Assembly (NCBI GenBank): GCA_934149325.1
Contig: CAKPEJ010000004.1
Coordinates: 1 to 62,311 of the forward strand
Direction: 5' to 3'
Source: an uncultured Bacilli bacterium
GTDB taxonomy: Bacteria > Bacillota_I > Bacilli_A > RF39 > UBA660
DNA: 62,311 nt
This document shows, piece by piece, positions 1 to 8,975 of this stretch. The position numbers were made by a program, and so were the translations under genes. Within the stretch, counting starts at the first letter, position 1; the number at the start of each line of letters is the position of its first letter. The notes under the pieces were generated by a model. It searched no databases, was not told where the DNA came from, and worked only from the letters and a program-made list of their open reading frames with translations.

Positions 1-89
1 ATCCCTTTCTATTAATATAATATAGAAAAAATTAAAAAAATATGACAAAAAAGTGTCAAAAATGTTAAAAAATTAAAAAAGTTTCAAAA

Positions 90-128
90 TTTTAGGGGGT
101 TTTTAAGGAGAAATCGCGAATATAATAA
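90..128 (+). promoter_or_regulatory. Conserved 39-nt upstream element, copy 1 (upstream of dnaG)
   Basis: TTTTAGGGGGTTTTTAAGGAGAAATCGCGAATATAATAA. It shares 33/39 ungapped identity with 23856-23894 and ends 15 nt before the dnaG ATG. Confidence 0.5.
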
Positions 129-143
129 TTGGAGTGGTATTTT

Positions 144-1883
144 ATGAAAAAGATATCTTATGAAGAAATTCTTAGTATTCAAAGAAAAGTAAATATTGTT
201 GATGTCGTTAAAGATTATGTTCCATTAATTCAAAAGGGTAGGAATTATTTCGGAGTATGTCCTTTTCATGATGATCATAATCCTAGTATGAGTGTATCTA
301 ATGAAAAACAGATGTTTAAATGCTTTGTATGTGGCGCATCAGGTAATGTTTTTAATTTTGTATCAGATTACGAAAAAATTCCTTATTATCAGGCAGTGTC
401 TGTAGTAGCAAACAAAATAGGAATTAAACTTGATATATCAAGTGAATATGTAAAAAAGGAAAATTCAACATTATATGAAATATATGATATAAGTAGTAAA
501 TTTTATCAAAATAACTTAAATACAGCATCAGGTAAGATTGCAAAAAACTATCTTAAAAATAGAAGTATTAGTGAAGAAGTTATAAAACATTTTCAAATAG
601 GATTATCTCCTAGTGATAATAGTTTAACTAATTTACTTGAAAATAAAAAAATATCAAAAACAGATATTTTAAAATCAGGAATAGCAATAGAAAGAGAAAA
701 TAATGTAATTGATATTTATAGAAATAGAATAATGTTCCCTTTATGGAATTTAAATGGACAAGTAGTTGGATTTTCAGGAAGAATTTATGATAATTCAGAT
801 ACAAGTAAATATATAAATACAATGGAAACTGAAATATTTAAAAAAGGAAATTTACTTTATAATTTTCATAATGCAAAAGAGAATGCTAGAAATGAAAGAA
901 ATATAATTGTTGTAGAAGGCTTTATGGATGTTATTAGATTATATACAATTGGAATAGAGAATGTAGTTGCTACTATGGGTACTGCGATTACAAAAGAACA
1001 TGCTATGTTATTAAAAAGACTTTCAAGTAATATAATATTAATGTTTGATGGTGATTCTGCTGGTGAAAAAGCTACTAATTCAGCTATTGAAGAATTAAAA
1101 AATGAAGATGTTAATATAAAGGTAGTTAGATTAGAAGAAAATTTAGATCCTGATGAATACATATTAAATAAGGGAAAAGAAAAAATGATTGATCACTTAG
1201 CTCATGCAACACCATTATTTAATTATAAGATGAATGCATATAAAAAAGATTTAGATTTTAATGATCCTAATGATATATCAAAATACATTAATATGTTAAA
1301 AGTTGATTTAGAAAAAATTGATGATGATATTGTAAGAGAAATTGAGGTAAAAAAAATATCAGATTTAACTGGTGTAAGTGAGAAGAATATTTTGTCGAAA
1401 CTTGACATAAATAAGAAAGATGTTAAAATAATTGAGCGTCGTCAAGTTAAATCTAGTGATTTAAAATTAAGTAAATATGATAAAGCATCAAAGTATATTT
1501 TATTTTATATGATAAAAAATCCAAGTTTAATTAATTATTATTATAATAATTTATCATATCTACCAAATGAAGTTGATAGAAAACTTGCAAATGAAATGAT
1601 TCTTTTTTATAAGAAATTTGAAAGTTTTAATTTAAATGATTTTATTATATATCTAAAAGATAAAAAAGAACTTATTAATAAAGTTATAGAGATTGATGAT
1701 TTAGATTATAATAAAGAATATGATATGGATTTAATTGACAGCTATTTTAAAGTTATAAAAGAGTATTTAAATAATATAGAAATAGAAAAGCTAAAAAAAG
1801 AACTAAAAAATGCTGATAATGAAGTGGTAAGAAAAGAAATAGCAAAAAAAATAGTAGAGTTAAAAATAAAGGAGAGTAAGTAA
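144..1883 (+). CDS. dnaG: DNA primase DnaG
   Basis: CHC2 zinc finger [13 protein letters not shown]...[13 protein letters not shown] and Toprim motifs EGFMDV / DGDSAG. The ATG at 144 is preceded by GGAG (131-134); the ORF-track start at 129 is a TTG. Confidence 0.95.
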   Translation: MKKISYEEILSIQRKVNIVDVVKDYVPLIQKGRNYFGVCPFHDDHNPSMSVSNEKQMFKCFVCGASGNVFNFVSDYEKIPYYQAVSVVANKIGIKLDISSEYVKKENSTLYEIYDISSKFYQNNLNTASGKIAKNYLKNRSISEEVIKHFQIGLSPSDNSLTNLLENKKISKTDILKSGIAIERENNVIDIYRNRIMFPLWNLNGQVVGFSGRIYDNSDTSKYINTMETEIFKKGNLLYNFHNAKENARNERNIIVVEGFMDVIRLYTIGIENVVATMGTAITKEHAMLLKRLSSNIILMFDGDSAGEKATNSAIEELKNEDVNIKVVRLEENLDPDEYILNKGKEKMIDHLAHATPLFNYKMNAYKKDLDFNDPNDISKYINMLKVDLEKIDDDIVREIEVKKISDLTGVSEKNILSKLDINKKDVKIIERRQVKSSDLKLSKYDKASKYILFYMIKNPSLINYYYNNLSYLPNEVDRKLANEMILFYKKFESFNLNDFIIYLKDKKELINKVIEIDDLDYNKEYDMDLIDSYFKVIKEYLNNIEIEKLKKELKNADNEVVRKEIAKKIVELKIKESK

Positions 1884-1884
1884 T

Positions 1885-2976
1885 ATGGAAGAAATAAAGA
1901 CATTAGATCAAAGAAAAAAAGATTTATTAAAAATGGGAAAAGAAGAAGGTTTCTTAACTTTTGAACAATTAGCAAATGTTTTAAAGGGTCTTGAAATGGA
2001 TGCTGAGAGTTTAGATGATTTATATAATTTCTTAAATGAAAATAATATAGAAGTTGTTGCTGATAGTGAGGTAGAATCAGATAGTGATGATGGTGATGAT
2101 GGAACAAACCTTTTACTTGAAGAAGATGCACTTCCTAAAAATTTAAGTATTAATGATCCTGTTAGAATGTATTTAAAAGAAATAGGTAAAATAAGTCTTC
2201 TTTCATTAGATGAAGAATTAGAATTATCAAAAAGAATAGAAGAAGGCGATGAAGAAGCAAAAGCTAAACTTGCAGAATCAAATTTACGTTTAGTTGTTTC
2301 TATTGCAAAGAGATATGTTGGAAGAAATTTAGGCTTCCTTGATTTAATTCAAGAAGGTAACATTGGTTTAATGAAGGCAGTTGATAAGTTTGATTCATCT
2401 AAAGGTTATAAATTTTCAACATATGCAACTTGGTGGATAAGACAAGCTATAACAAGAGCTATTGCCGATCAAGCAAAAACGATAAGAGTACCAGTTCATA
2501 TGGTTGAAACTATTAATAAGTTAAAAAGAGTTCAAAGACAATTAACTCTTGAATTAAATCGTGAACCAACAGAAGAAGAATTAAGTAAAAAACTTGGTAT
2601 ACCAGAAGATAAAGTTAGAGAAATAATCAAAATATCTTTAGATCCACTTTCATTAGAAACACCAATAGGTGAAGAAGAAGATTCTCATTTAGGAGATTTT
2701 GTAAAAGATGAAAGTAGCATGAGTCCAGAAGAATATGCTATTAACGAAGTGTTAAAAGATGAAATAGCAGAAGTATTACTTACATTAACTGAAAGAGAAG
2801 AACAAGTATTAAAATTAAGATTTGGTCTTGAAGATGGTACATGTCGTACTCTTGAAGAAGTAGGAACTATTTTTGGAGTTACAAGAGAGAGAATTAGACA
2901 AATAGAAGCAAAAGCACTTCGTAAACTTCGTCATCCATCAAGAAGTAAAAAGTTAAAGGATTATTTGGTTGATTAA
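1885..2976 (+). CDS. rpoD: Primary RNA polymerase sigma factor (sigma-70/SigA)
   Basis: Region 2 ([17 protein letters not shown]), region 3 and region 4 ([28 protein letters not shown]) are present, with an acidic region 1. It lies directly after dnaG, as in the macromolecular synthesis operon. Confidence 0.95.
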   Translation: MEEIKTLDQRKKDLLKMGKEEGFLTFEQLANVLKGLEMDAESLDDLYNFLNENNIEVVADSEVESDSDDGDDGTNLLLEEDALPKNLSINDPVRMYLKEIGKISLLSLDEELELSKRIEEGDEEAKAKLAESNLRLVVSIAKRYVGRNLGFLDLIQEGNIGLMKAVDKFDSSKGYKFSTYATWWIRQAITRAIADQAKTIRVPVHMVETINKLKRVQRQLTLELNREPTEEELSKKLGIPEDKVREIIKISLDPLSLETPIGEEEDSHLGDFVKDESSMSPEEYAINEVLKDEIAEVLLTLTEREEQVLKLRFGLEDGTCRTLEEVGTIFGVTRERIRQIEAKALRKLRHPSRSKKLKDYLVD

Positions 2977-2977
2977 T

Positions 2978-3655
2978 ATGAGATTATCAAGTAGGTTAAA
3001 AGCAATCGCAGAATTTGTATCTGATGGTGAAAAAATCATTGATATAGGATGTGATCATGCACTTTTAGATATATATTTATATCAAAATAGAAAAAAAGTA
3101 AAAATAATTGCTTCTGATATTCATGAAGGAGCATTAAAACAAGCAGAAAAAAACATTAAAAAATATGAGCTTGAAAAGAAAATAAAACTTCGTCTTGGGG
3201 ATGGACTTGATGTAGTAAAAAATGGTGAAGTAAATACAGTTATTATTTCTGGTATGGGATATTCAACTATTATTGGAATTCTTTCTAATAAAGAAAAATT
3301 AGAAGGAGTTGAAAAAATAATAGTTCAATCAAATACTGATGTTGTAAAATTAAGAAAGAATGTAATTAAATTAGGATTTAAAATTAACAGAGAAAAACTA
3401 GTAAAAGATAAAGATATAATTTATACAGTAATTGAATTTGTAAGAGGTAAAGAAAAATATTCTTATGAAGAAATTTATTTTGGACCATGTATAATGAAAG
3501 AAAAAAATAAATTGTTTTATGAGTATTATAATAAAAAATTACTTAAATATGAAAATTTATTACTTCAATTACCAAATTATGAATTAGCTAGTAAAATACA
3601 TCATTTAAGATTAATAAAAGTAATAAAAAAAGAAGTTATAAAGGAAGATGAATAA
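2978..3655 (+). CDS. trmK: tRNA (adenine22-N1)-methyltransferase TrmK-like, SAM-dependent
   Basis: N-terminus MRLSSRLKAIAEFV and IIDIGCDHALLDIYL resemble the YqfN/TrmK family. Its position after sigA matches Bacillus. The ATG at 2978 follows the rpoD stop. Confidence 0.75.
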   Translation: MRLSSRLKAIAEFVSDGEKIIDIGCDHALLDIYLYQNRKKVKIIASDIHEGALKQAEKNIKKYELEKKIKLRLGDGLDVVKNGEVNTVIISGMGYSTIIGILSNKEKLEGVEKIIVQSNTDVVKLRKNVIKLGFKINREKLVKDKDIIYTVIEFVRGKEKYSYEEIYFGPCIMKEKNKLFYEYYNKKLLKYENLLLQLPNYELASKIHHLRLIKVIKKEVIKEDE

Positions 3656-3720
3656 TTTTCTTTTTTTTTCTTGTAAAAATTGTATTTTAATCATATAATT
3701 ATATTAATCAAGGAGGAGAT

Positions 3721-4146
3721 ATGGAAGTAGTATGGTTAAGTTTAGTAGTAGTTTTTATCATTATTGAAGCAATTACTACTAATTTAGTTACAATCTGGTT
3801 TGCAGCAGCAAGCTTATGTTCATTATTTGTTTCATATTTTACTGATAATTTATTTATTCAGTTATTAGTATTTTCTCTTGTTAGTATATTTACTTTAATA
3901 TTTACTAAACCAATATTAGATAAAATATTTAAAACTGACAAAAAAGAAAAAACTAATGCTGATGCTGTTATAGGTAAAACTGGAATAGTTACAGATGAAA
4001 TAACAGATTTAACTAATGGAAGAGTTAAGGTAAGCTCTAAAAGTTGGATGGCAACATCAGATGAAAATTTAAGCAAAGGTACTAAAGTTGAAGTACTAGA
4101 TATAATAGGTGCTAAACTTGTAGTTAAAAAAAAGGAGGAAAAATAG
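3721..4146 (+). CDS. NfeD-family membrane protein
   Basis: Two or three N-terminal TM helices plus a C-terminal OB-like segment GKTGIVTDEI..GRVKV..SWMATSDENLSKGTKVEVLDIIGAKLVV. It is translationally coupled to the SPFH gene. Confidence 0.8.
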   Translation: MEVVWLSLVVVFIIIEAITTNLVTIWFAAASLCSLFVSYFTDNLFIQLLVFSLVSIFTLIFTKPILDKIFKTDKKEKTNADAVIGKTGIVTDEITDLTNGRVKVSSKSWMATSDENLSKGTKVEVLDIIGAKLVVKKKEEK

Positions 4147-4147
4147 T

Positions 4148-5032
4148 ATGGCTTTAATTTATTTAATAATAATTTTAGTGATTTTAATAATTGCAAATAT
4201 TAAGATTGTTCCACAATCAAAAACTTATGTTATAGAAAGATTAGGTAGTTATCATGCTACTTGGCAAACAGGTCTTCATATAAAAATACCATTTATAGAA
4301 AGAATATCAAATAATGTATCATTAAAAGAAAAGGTACGTGATTTCGCACCACAACCAGTTATTACAAAAGATAACGTTACTATGCATATTGATACAGTAG
4401 TTTATTTTCAAATTACTGATCCAAAATTATTTACATATGGAGTAGAAAATCCAATTAGTGCAATTGAAAATTTAACAGCAACTACACTTCGTAATATAAT
4501 TGGTGAATTAGAACTTGATGAAACATTAACTTCAAGAGATTTAATAAATGGAAAAATGTGTGTAATTCTTGATGAAGCAACTGATCCATGGGGGATTAAA
4601 ATCAATCGTGTTGAGGTTAAAAATATAATACCACCTAAAGATATACAAGAAGCAATGGAAAAACAAATGAGAGCTGAAAGAGAAAGAAGAGAGGCAATAT
4701 TACGTGCTGAAGGTGAAAAAAAATCAAGTATATTAATAGCAGAAGGTGAAAAAGAAAGTGCAATTTTAAGAGCAGAAGCTCAAAAAGAATCACAAATAAG
4801 ACTTGCAGAAGGTGAAGCAGAAGCAATATTAAAAGTACAAGAAGCAACAGCAAAAGGATTAGAATTATTAAAAAATGCAAAAGCAGATAAAGCTGTTTTA
4901 GCTTTAAAATCATTTGAGGCATTTGAAAAAGTAGCTGATGGTCAAGCAACTAAAATAATAATACCTTCAGAAATGCAATCAATAGCTAGTATTTTGGCAA
5001 GTTCAAAAGAAATAGTAACAAAAGATAAGTAA
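4148..5032 (+). CDS. SPFH/band-7 (stomatin/prohibitin-like) membrane protein
   Basis: N-terminal TM, an SPFH core (VPQSKTYVIERLGSYH...TKDNVTMHIDTVVYFQI) and a C-terminal AEGE-repeat coiled coil. Confidence 0.9.
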   Translation: MALIYLIIILVILIIANIKIVPQSKTYVIERLGSYHATWQTGLHIKIPFIERISNNVSLKEKVRDFAPQPVITKDNVTMHIDTVVYFQITDPKLFTYGVENPISAIENLTATTLRNIIGELELDETLTSRDLINGKMCVILDEATDPWGIKINRVEVKNIIPPKDIQEAMEKQMRAERERREAILRAEGEKKSSILIAEGEKESAILRAEAQKESQIRLAEGEAEAILKVQEATAKGLELLKNAKADKAVLALKSFEAFEKVADGQATKIIIPSEMQSIASILASSKEIVTKDK

Positions 5033-5057
5033 ACTAGATTTTTAGTTTACTTTTTTG
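5029..5057 (+). terminator. Rho-independent terminator after the SPFH gene
   Basis: GTAAACTA / TAGTTTAC stem followed by a T-run. Confidence 0.7.
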
Positions 5058-5107
5058 TTTTCAAAAGTTTTATTTGATGGTATAATATATTCAAAGGTAG
5101 GGATATT

Positions 5108-6202
5108 ATGAATTTTATTAGAGAAAATATTTTAAAAATAGTAATTATTTTTGTAGTATTTATATTTGTTATAATTGCTGTATCATCATGTTCAAATAAG
5201 CCAGTAACTATTCAAGAAAAATATGAAACTATGGAAAATAATTTAAAGGAGGCATCTCAAAAGTTAACAAAAAAAAGTAATACTTTTCTTCCAAAAGAAA
5301 TAGAAGAAACAAAAAAAGTACAATTAAGTACACTTATTAAAAACGAATTAATAAGTGAGCTTCATGCCAATGAAGATGCAAATGTATCATGTGATGGGTA
5401 TGTTTCAATAACAAAAAAAAGTGATAATGAGTATGTTTATAAACCATATTTAAAATGTGGAAAATATTATGAAACTAAAACAATTGCTCAATATATTCTT
5501 GATAATGAAAAAGTAGTAACAGAAAATGATGGATTATATCAAAAGGGTGTAACTTATGTATATAGGGGAGAAAATCCTAATAATTATGTATCTTTAGATG
5601 GTAAATTTTATAGAATAATATCAATTACACAAGATAAAGAATTAAAATTAATTTCAACAGAAAAATATTCTGAAGGGCTTGTTTGGGATGATAGATATAA
5701 TTCTGATAAACAAAGAAGTTATGGAATAAATATTTTCGAAAAAAGTAGATTAAAGGATTCTTTACGAGAAATATATAATTCAGAATTTTTTTCAGATACA
5801 ACTAGAAGTTTTATTAAGCCTCATGATATTTGTGTCGGAAAAAGATCTTATAATGATACTGATTTCTCAGGAACAGCAGAATGTTCTGTTATATCAAAAA
5901 ATGAAACAGTAGGATTAATTCAAACAAATGAATATTTATATGCAAGTATTGATACAGGATGTAAATCAGGTAATAGTCCAGAATGTGGAAATTATAATTA
6001 TTTAATGAATATATCAAGTAATATGGATACACAAATTGCATGTACTGAAAATTCATATCAATTCTATTCAATAGATAGTGGAACATTATATGCTAAAAAT
6101 GCATCTTCAAGAGTAATAGTATACCCAGTAATATATTTATCAAATGATGTATTATATAAGAGTGGAAATGGTACTCAAAATAACCCATATGTATTAAGAT
6201 AG
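5108..6202 (+). CDS. Membrane-anchored extracytoplasmic protein, function unknown
   Basis: N-terminal hydrophobic anchor (ILKIVIIFVVFIFVIIAVSSC). The membrane-proximal module resembles that of the 8976 gene product. No recognisable catalytic motif. Confidence 0.6.
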   Translation: MNFIRENILKIVIIFVVFIFVIIAVSSCSNKPVTIQEKYETMENNLKEASQKLTKKSNTFLPKEIEETKKVQLSTLIKNELISELHANEDANVSCDGYVSITKKSDNEYVYKPYLKCGKYYETKTIAQYILDNEKVVTENDGLYQKGVTYVYRGENPNNYVSLDGKFYRIISITQDKELKLISTEKYSEGLVWDDRYNSDKQRSYGINIFEKSRLKDSLREIYNSEFFSDTTRSFIKPHDICVGKRSYNDTDFSGTAECSVISKNETVGLIQTNEYLYASIDTGCKSGNSPECGNYNYLMNISSNMDTQIACTENSYQFYSIDSGTLYAKNASSRVIVYPVIYLSNDVLYKSGNGTQNNPYVLR

Positions 6203-6210
6203 GTGATAAT

Positions 6211-7002
6211 ATGAAGAATTATAGTTTATATTTGGAAAATGAAAATGAAAAAATCTTACTTATGAAAGATACTTTAATAAATATTGATGAAATAACTACT
6301 AGTTTTAAAAATAAAGAAAAAATGGTTGAGATTTTATTTAGAGGTAAAGATTTCGATTATTCTAAATGTTCAATATTAATAGAATCTTCATCAAAATTTC
6401 CTGTAGATTTTATAGGTTCAGATTTTAGAGATGTTATAAGAAGATTTAATGATCAAAAATATATGAATTCAGTTTGTTCTATTGATTCTAAAATTTTGTT
6501 AGAGTATTTTGAAGAAAAATTAAATGATGTTGTAATTAGAAATTCTAGAGATTTAACTGATGTTTCAGAAAAAAAAGAAGAATATTTAAAAAATAATAAT
6601 ATTCCTATTGTTCAATTAATTGGTGGTTTAAAAATAATGAATTTATCAAAAAATGCTCAAACAAGAGGTGAAAAAAATACAAATAATAGTCTAAATGCAA
6701 GAATAAATGTAAATCATAATATTAGAAAATATAATGAAAAATATAAAAATTATAGAGATATGTATTGTTATATGGTTGGTATTTCTATGATAAGTCAAGA
6801 AGAACCTTATTATACTAAGGAAGAAAGAGTTACTTTAAAAAAATTTTTGGATAATGCATCTGAAAAAATAGATAACATGATATACGGAAAAAATCAATTA
6901 ACATTTAATTTAGAGTTAGAAGAGCCAAAAGATACTTTGGATAATGATGAAGATGATGAAGTTGTTTTAGATTATATACAAAAAGGAGCAAGAGTTAAAT
7001 AA
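6211..7002 (+). CDS. Hypothetical protein with acidic C-terminus
   Basis: Clean ORF with GGTGA upstream, tightly spaced after the previous gene. No recognisable motif. Confidence 0.5.
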   Translation: MKNYSLYLENENEKILLMKDTLINIDEITTSFKNKEKMVEILFRGKDFDYSKCSILIESSSKFPVDFIGSDFRDVIRRFNDQKYMNSVCSIDSKILLEYFEEKLNDVVIRNSRDLTDVSEKKEEYLKNNNIPIVQLIGGLKIMNLSKNAQTRGEKNTNNSLNARINVNHNIRKYNEKYKNYRDMYCYMVGISMISQEEPYYTKEERVTLKKFLDNASEKIDNMIYGKNQLTFNLELEEPKDTLDNDEDDEVVLDYIQKGARVK

Positions 7003-7017
7003 CTCTTGTTTTGTAAT

Positions 7018-7908
7018 ATGGAAAAAGAAATAAATAAGTTTATAGATTATTTAAAGTATCAAAAAAATTATTCTATATATACATGTAATAATTATAAGAA
7101 AGATTTAAAGGAGTATAATAATTTTATAGTAAGTCATAAACTTGATTATAAAAATTTATCATATGAAGATGCTACTAAATATTTAAAATTTTTAAATGAA
7201 GAAAAGAATGCTAAGTCATCTATATCAAGAAAATTAAGTTCTATAAGATCTTTTTATAAGTTTTTAGTATTAAATAATATTACTGATAAAAATATATTTT
7301 TAATTGTTTCATCACCAAAAAAAGATAAAAAAATACCTAAATTTATTAATTATTCAGATATTAATGAAATTTTTAATGTTCCAAATATTAATACACCATC
7401 AGGTCAAAGAGAAAGACTTATACTTGAAATATTATATGGATCTGGTGTAAGGGTATCAGAACTTGTTAATATAAAATTAAAAGATATTAATTTAAATAAT
7501 AAAAGTATTTTAATATATGGTAAAGGTAGCAAAGAAAGAATTGTGTCGTTTGGCGATTATGCTTATGAAATGATTTTAAAATATATTAATGAAGGAAGAG
7601 TTAATTTACTTGGAAATATAAAAAGTGATTATTTAATTGTTGGAAAAAATAAAGAAAATTTAACAACAAGAAGAATTGAACAAATTATTGATAAAATAAT
7701 AGAAAAAACAAGTATAAAACTAAATATTACACCACATGTTTTTAGGCATACATTCGCAACACATTTATTAGATAATGGATGTGATTTACTTGCCGTTCAG
7801 GAATTATTAGGTCATGCATCACTTTCGTCAACTGAAATATATACACACGTAAGTAATGAACATTTAAGAGAAGTTTATAGAAAATGTCATCCGAGAAATT
7901 TAAAGTAA
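7018..7908 (+). CDS. Tyrosine recombinase, XerC/XerD type
   Basis: N-terminal SAM-like domain plus catalytic ILYGSGVRVSEL (R) ... HVFRHTFATHLL (H-x-x-R) ... LLGHASLSSTEIYTHV (H, Y). ATG at 7018. Confidence 0.85.
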   Translation: MEKEINKFIDYLKYQKNYSIYTCNNYKKDLKEYNNFIVSHKLDYKNLSYEDATKYLKFLNEEKNAKSSISRKLSSIRSFYKFLVLNNITDKNIFLIVSSPKKDKKIPKFINYSDINEIFNVPNINTPSGQRERLILEILYGSGVRVSELVNIKLKDINLNNKSILIYGKGSKERIVSFGDYAYEMILKYINEGRVNLLGNIKSDYLIVGKNKENLTTRRIEQIIDKIIEKTSIKLNITPHVFRHTFATHLLDNGCDLLAVQELLGHASLSSTEIYTHVSNEHLREVYRKCHPRNLK

Positions 7909-7978
7909 ATTAATGTAAAATTAATGTGTTTTTATTAAGTACATTTTCTATTTTTGATATAATATTTTTGGTGATAGT

Positions 7979-8575
7979 ATGTCAAAATTATATTTTAGAT
8001 ATGGTGCGATGAATTGTGGTAAAAGTTCTGCATTAATGCAAGTCGCACATAATTATGAATCAAATAATAAAAATGTTTTTGTAATAAAATCAGAAATAGA
8101 TACAAAGGCAAATGATTGTTTATCATCTAGAATAGGTTTAAAAAGAAAAGTAGATTTATTGCTTAAAAAGAATGAATCATTAGAAAATTATTATGATAAA
8201 TTAAAAAAGGTAGACTGTATATTAGTAGATGAGGCACAGTTTTTAAGTGAAAATGAAGTTGATGAATTATATTTTGTTACTAAAGAATTTAATGTTCCTG
8301 TAATATGTTATGGATTAAAAACAGATTTTAAAAGTAATTTATTTACTGGAAGTAAAAGGTTGCTTGAACTTTCTGATGAATTAAATGAGTTAATAACAAT
8401 ATGTAGATGTGGTAAAAGGGCAAAGTTTAATGCAAGATTTGTAGATGATAAATTTACTTTAGATGGTGAAACAGTTTCTATTGATGGTTCTTCTTTAAAT
8501 ATAAAATATATTCCATTATGTGGAAAATGTTATTTAGAAGAAAAAATGAATTATGAAAAAAATAAAATAAAGTAA
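7979..8575 (+). CDS. tdk: Thymidine kinase
   Basis: P-loop GAMNCGKSS, VDEAQFL, and the C-terminal zinc ribbon CRCGKRA...CGKC. Confidence 0.93.
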   Translation: MSKLYFRYGAMNCGKSSALMQVAHNYESNNKNVFVIKSEIDTKANDCLSSRIGLKRKVDLLLKKNESLENYYDKLKKVDCILVDEAQFLSENEVDELYFVTKEFNVPVICYGLKTDFKSNLFTGSKRLLELSDELNELITICRCGKRAKFNARFVDDKFTLDGETVSIDGSSLNIKYIPLCGKCYLEEKMNYEKNKIK

Positions 8576-8627
8576 CTTTTTCTTTAATAAGTGATATAAT
8601 ATATATTCTAAAATTAGAGGTGTAAAC

Positions 8628-8891
8628 ATGAAAAAGTATGTAGATCCATTTATAGATTTTTTACCAAGTATAGATTTACATGGTTATGATAGAGTATCTG
8701 CAAGAATAAAAACGGACGAATTTATTACTGACAGTATAAAATTAAAAAGAAAAAAGATAGTCATAATTCATGGAAAAGGTACAGGTGTAGTAAAAGAAGA
8801 AGTATATAAATTTTTAAAGAATAATAAAAATATTTTAAGTTATAGTTTATATTGGAATAATCCAGGTGCAACTATTGTAGAACTTAAATAA
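8628..8891 (+). CDS. Smr-domain protein
   Basis: IDLHGYDRVSA ... IIHGKGTGVVKEEV matches the Smr signature. Confidence 0.75.
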   Translation: MKKYVDPFIDFLPSIDLHGYDRVSARIKTDEFITDSIKLKRKKIVIIHGKGTGVVKEEVYKFLKNNKNILSYSLYWNNPGATIVELK

Positions 8892-8911
8892 TACAATTAG
8901 ATTTTCAAAAT

Positions 8912-8940
8912 TTGACAAATAGTATGAGTTGTGTTATTAT
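8912..8940 (+). promoter_or_regulatory. Sigma-A-type promoter for the 8976 gene
   Basis: TTGACA (8912-8917), 17-nt spacer, TGtTATTAT extended -10 (8932-8940). Confidence 0.55.
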
Positions 8941-8975
8941 ATGCGACGTAATTTCAAAAAGAGGGGGTTTTTTAT

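Noticed and set aside
628-2131. Four minus-strand ORFs (628-822, 866-1162, 1223-1408, 1742-2131) inside dnaG/rpoD
   Set aside because: These are shadow ORFs opposite clearly conserved genes, with low-complexity hydrophobic or His-rich translations.
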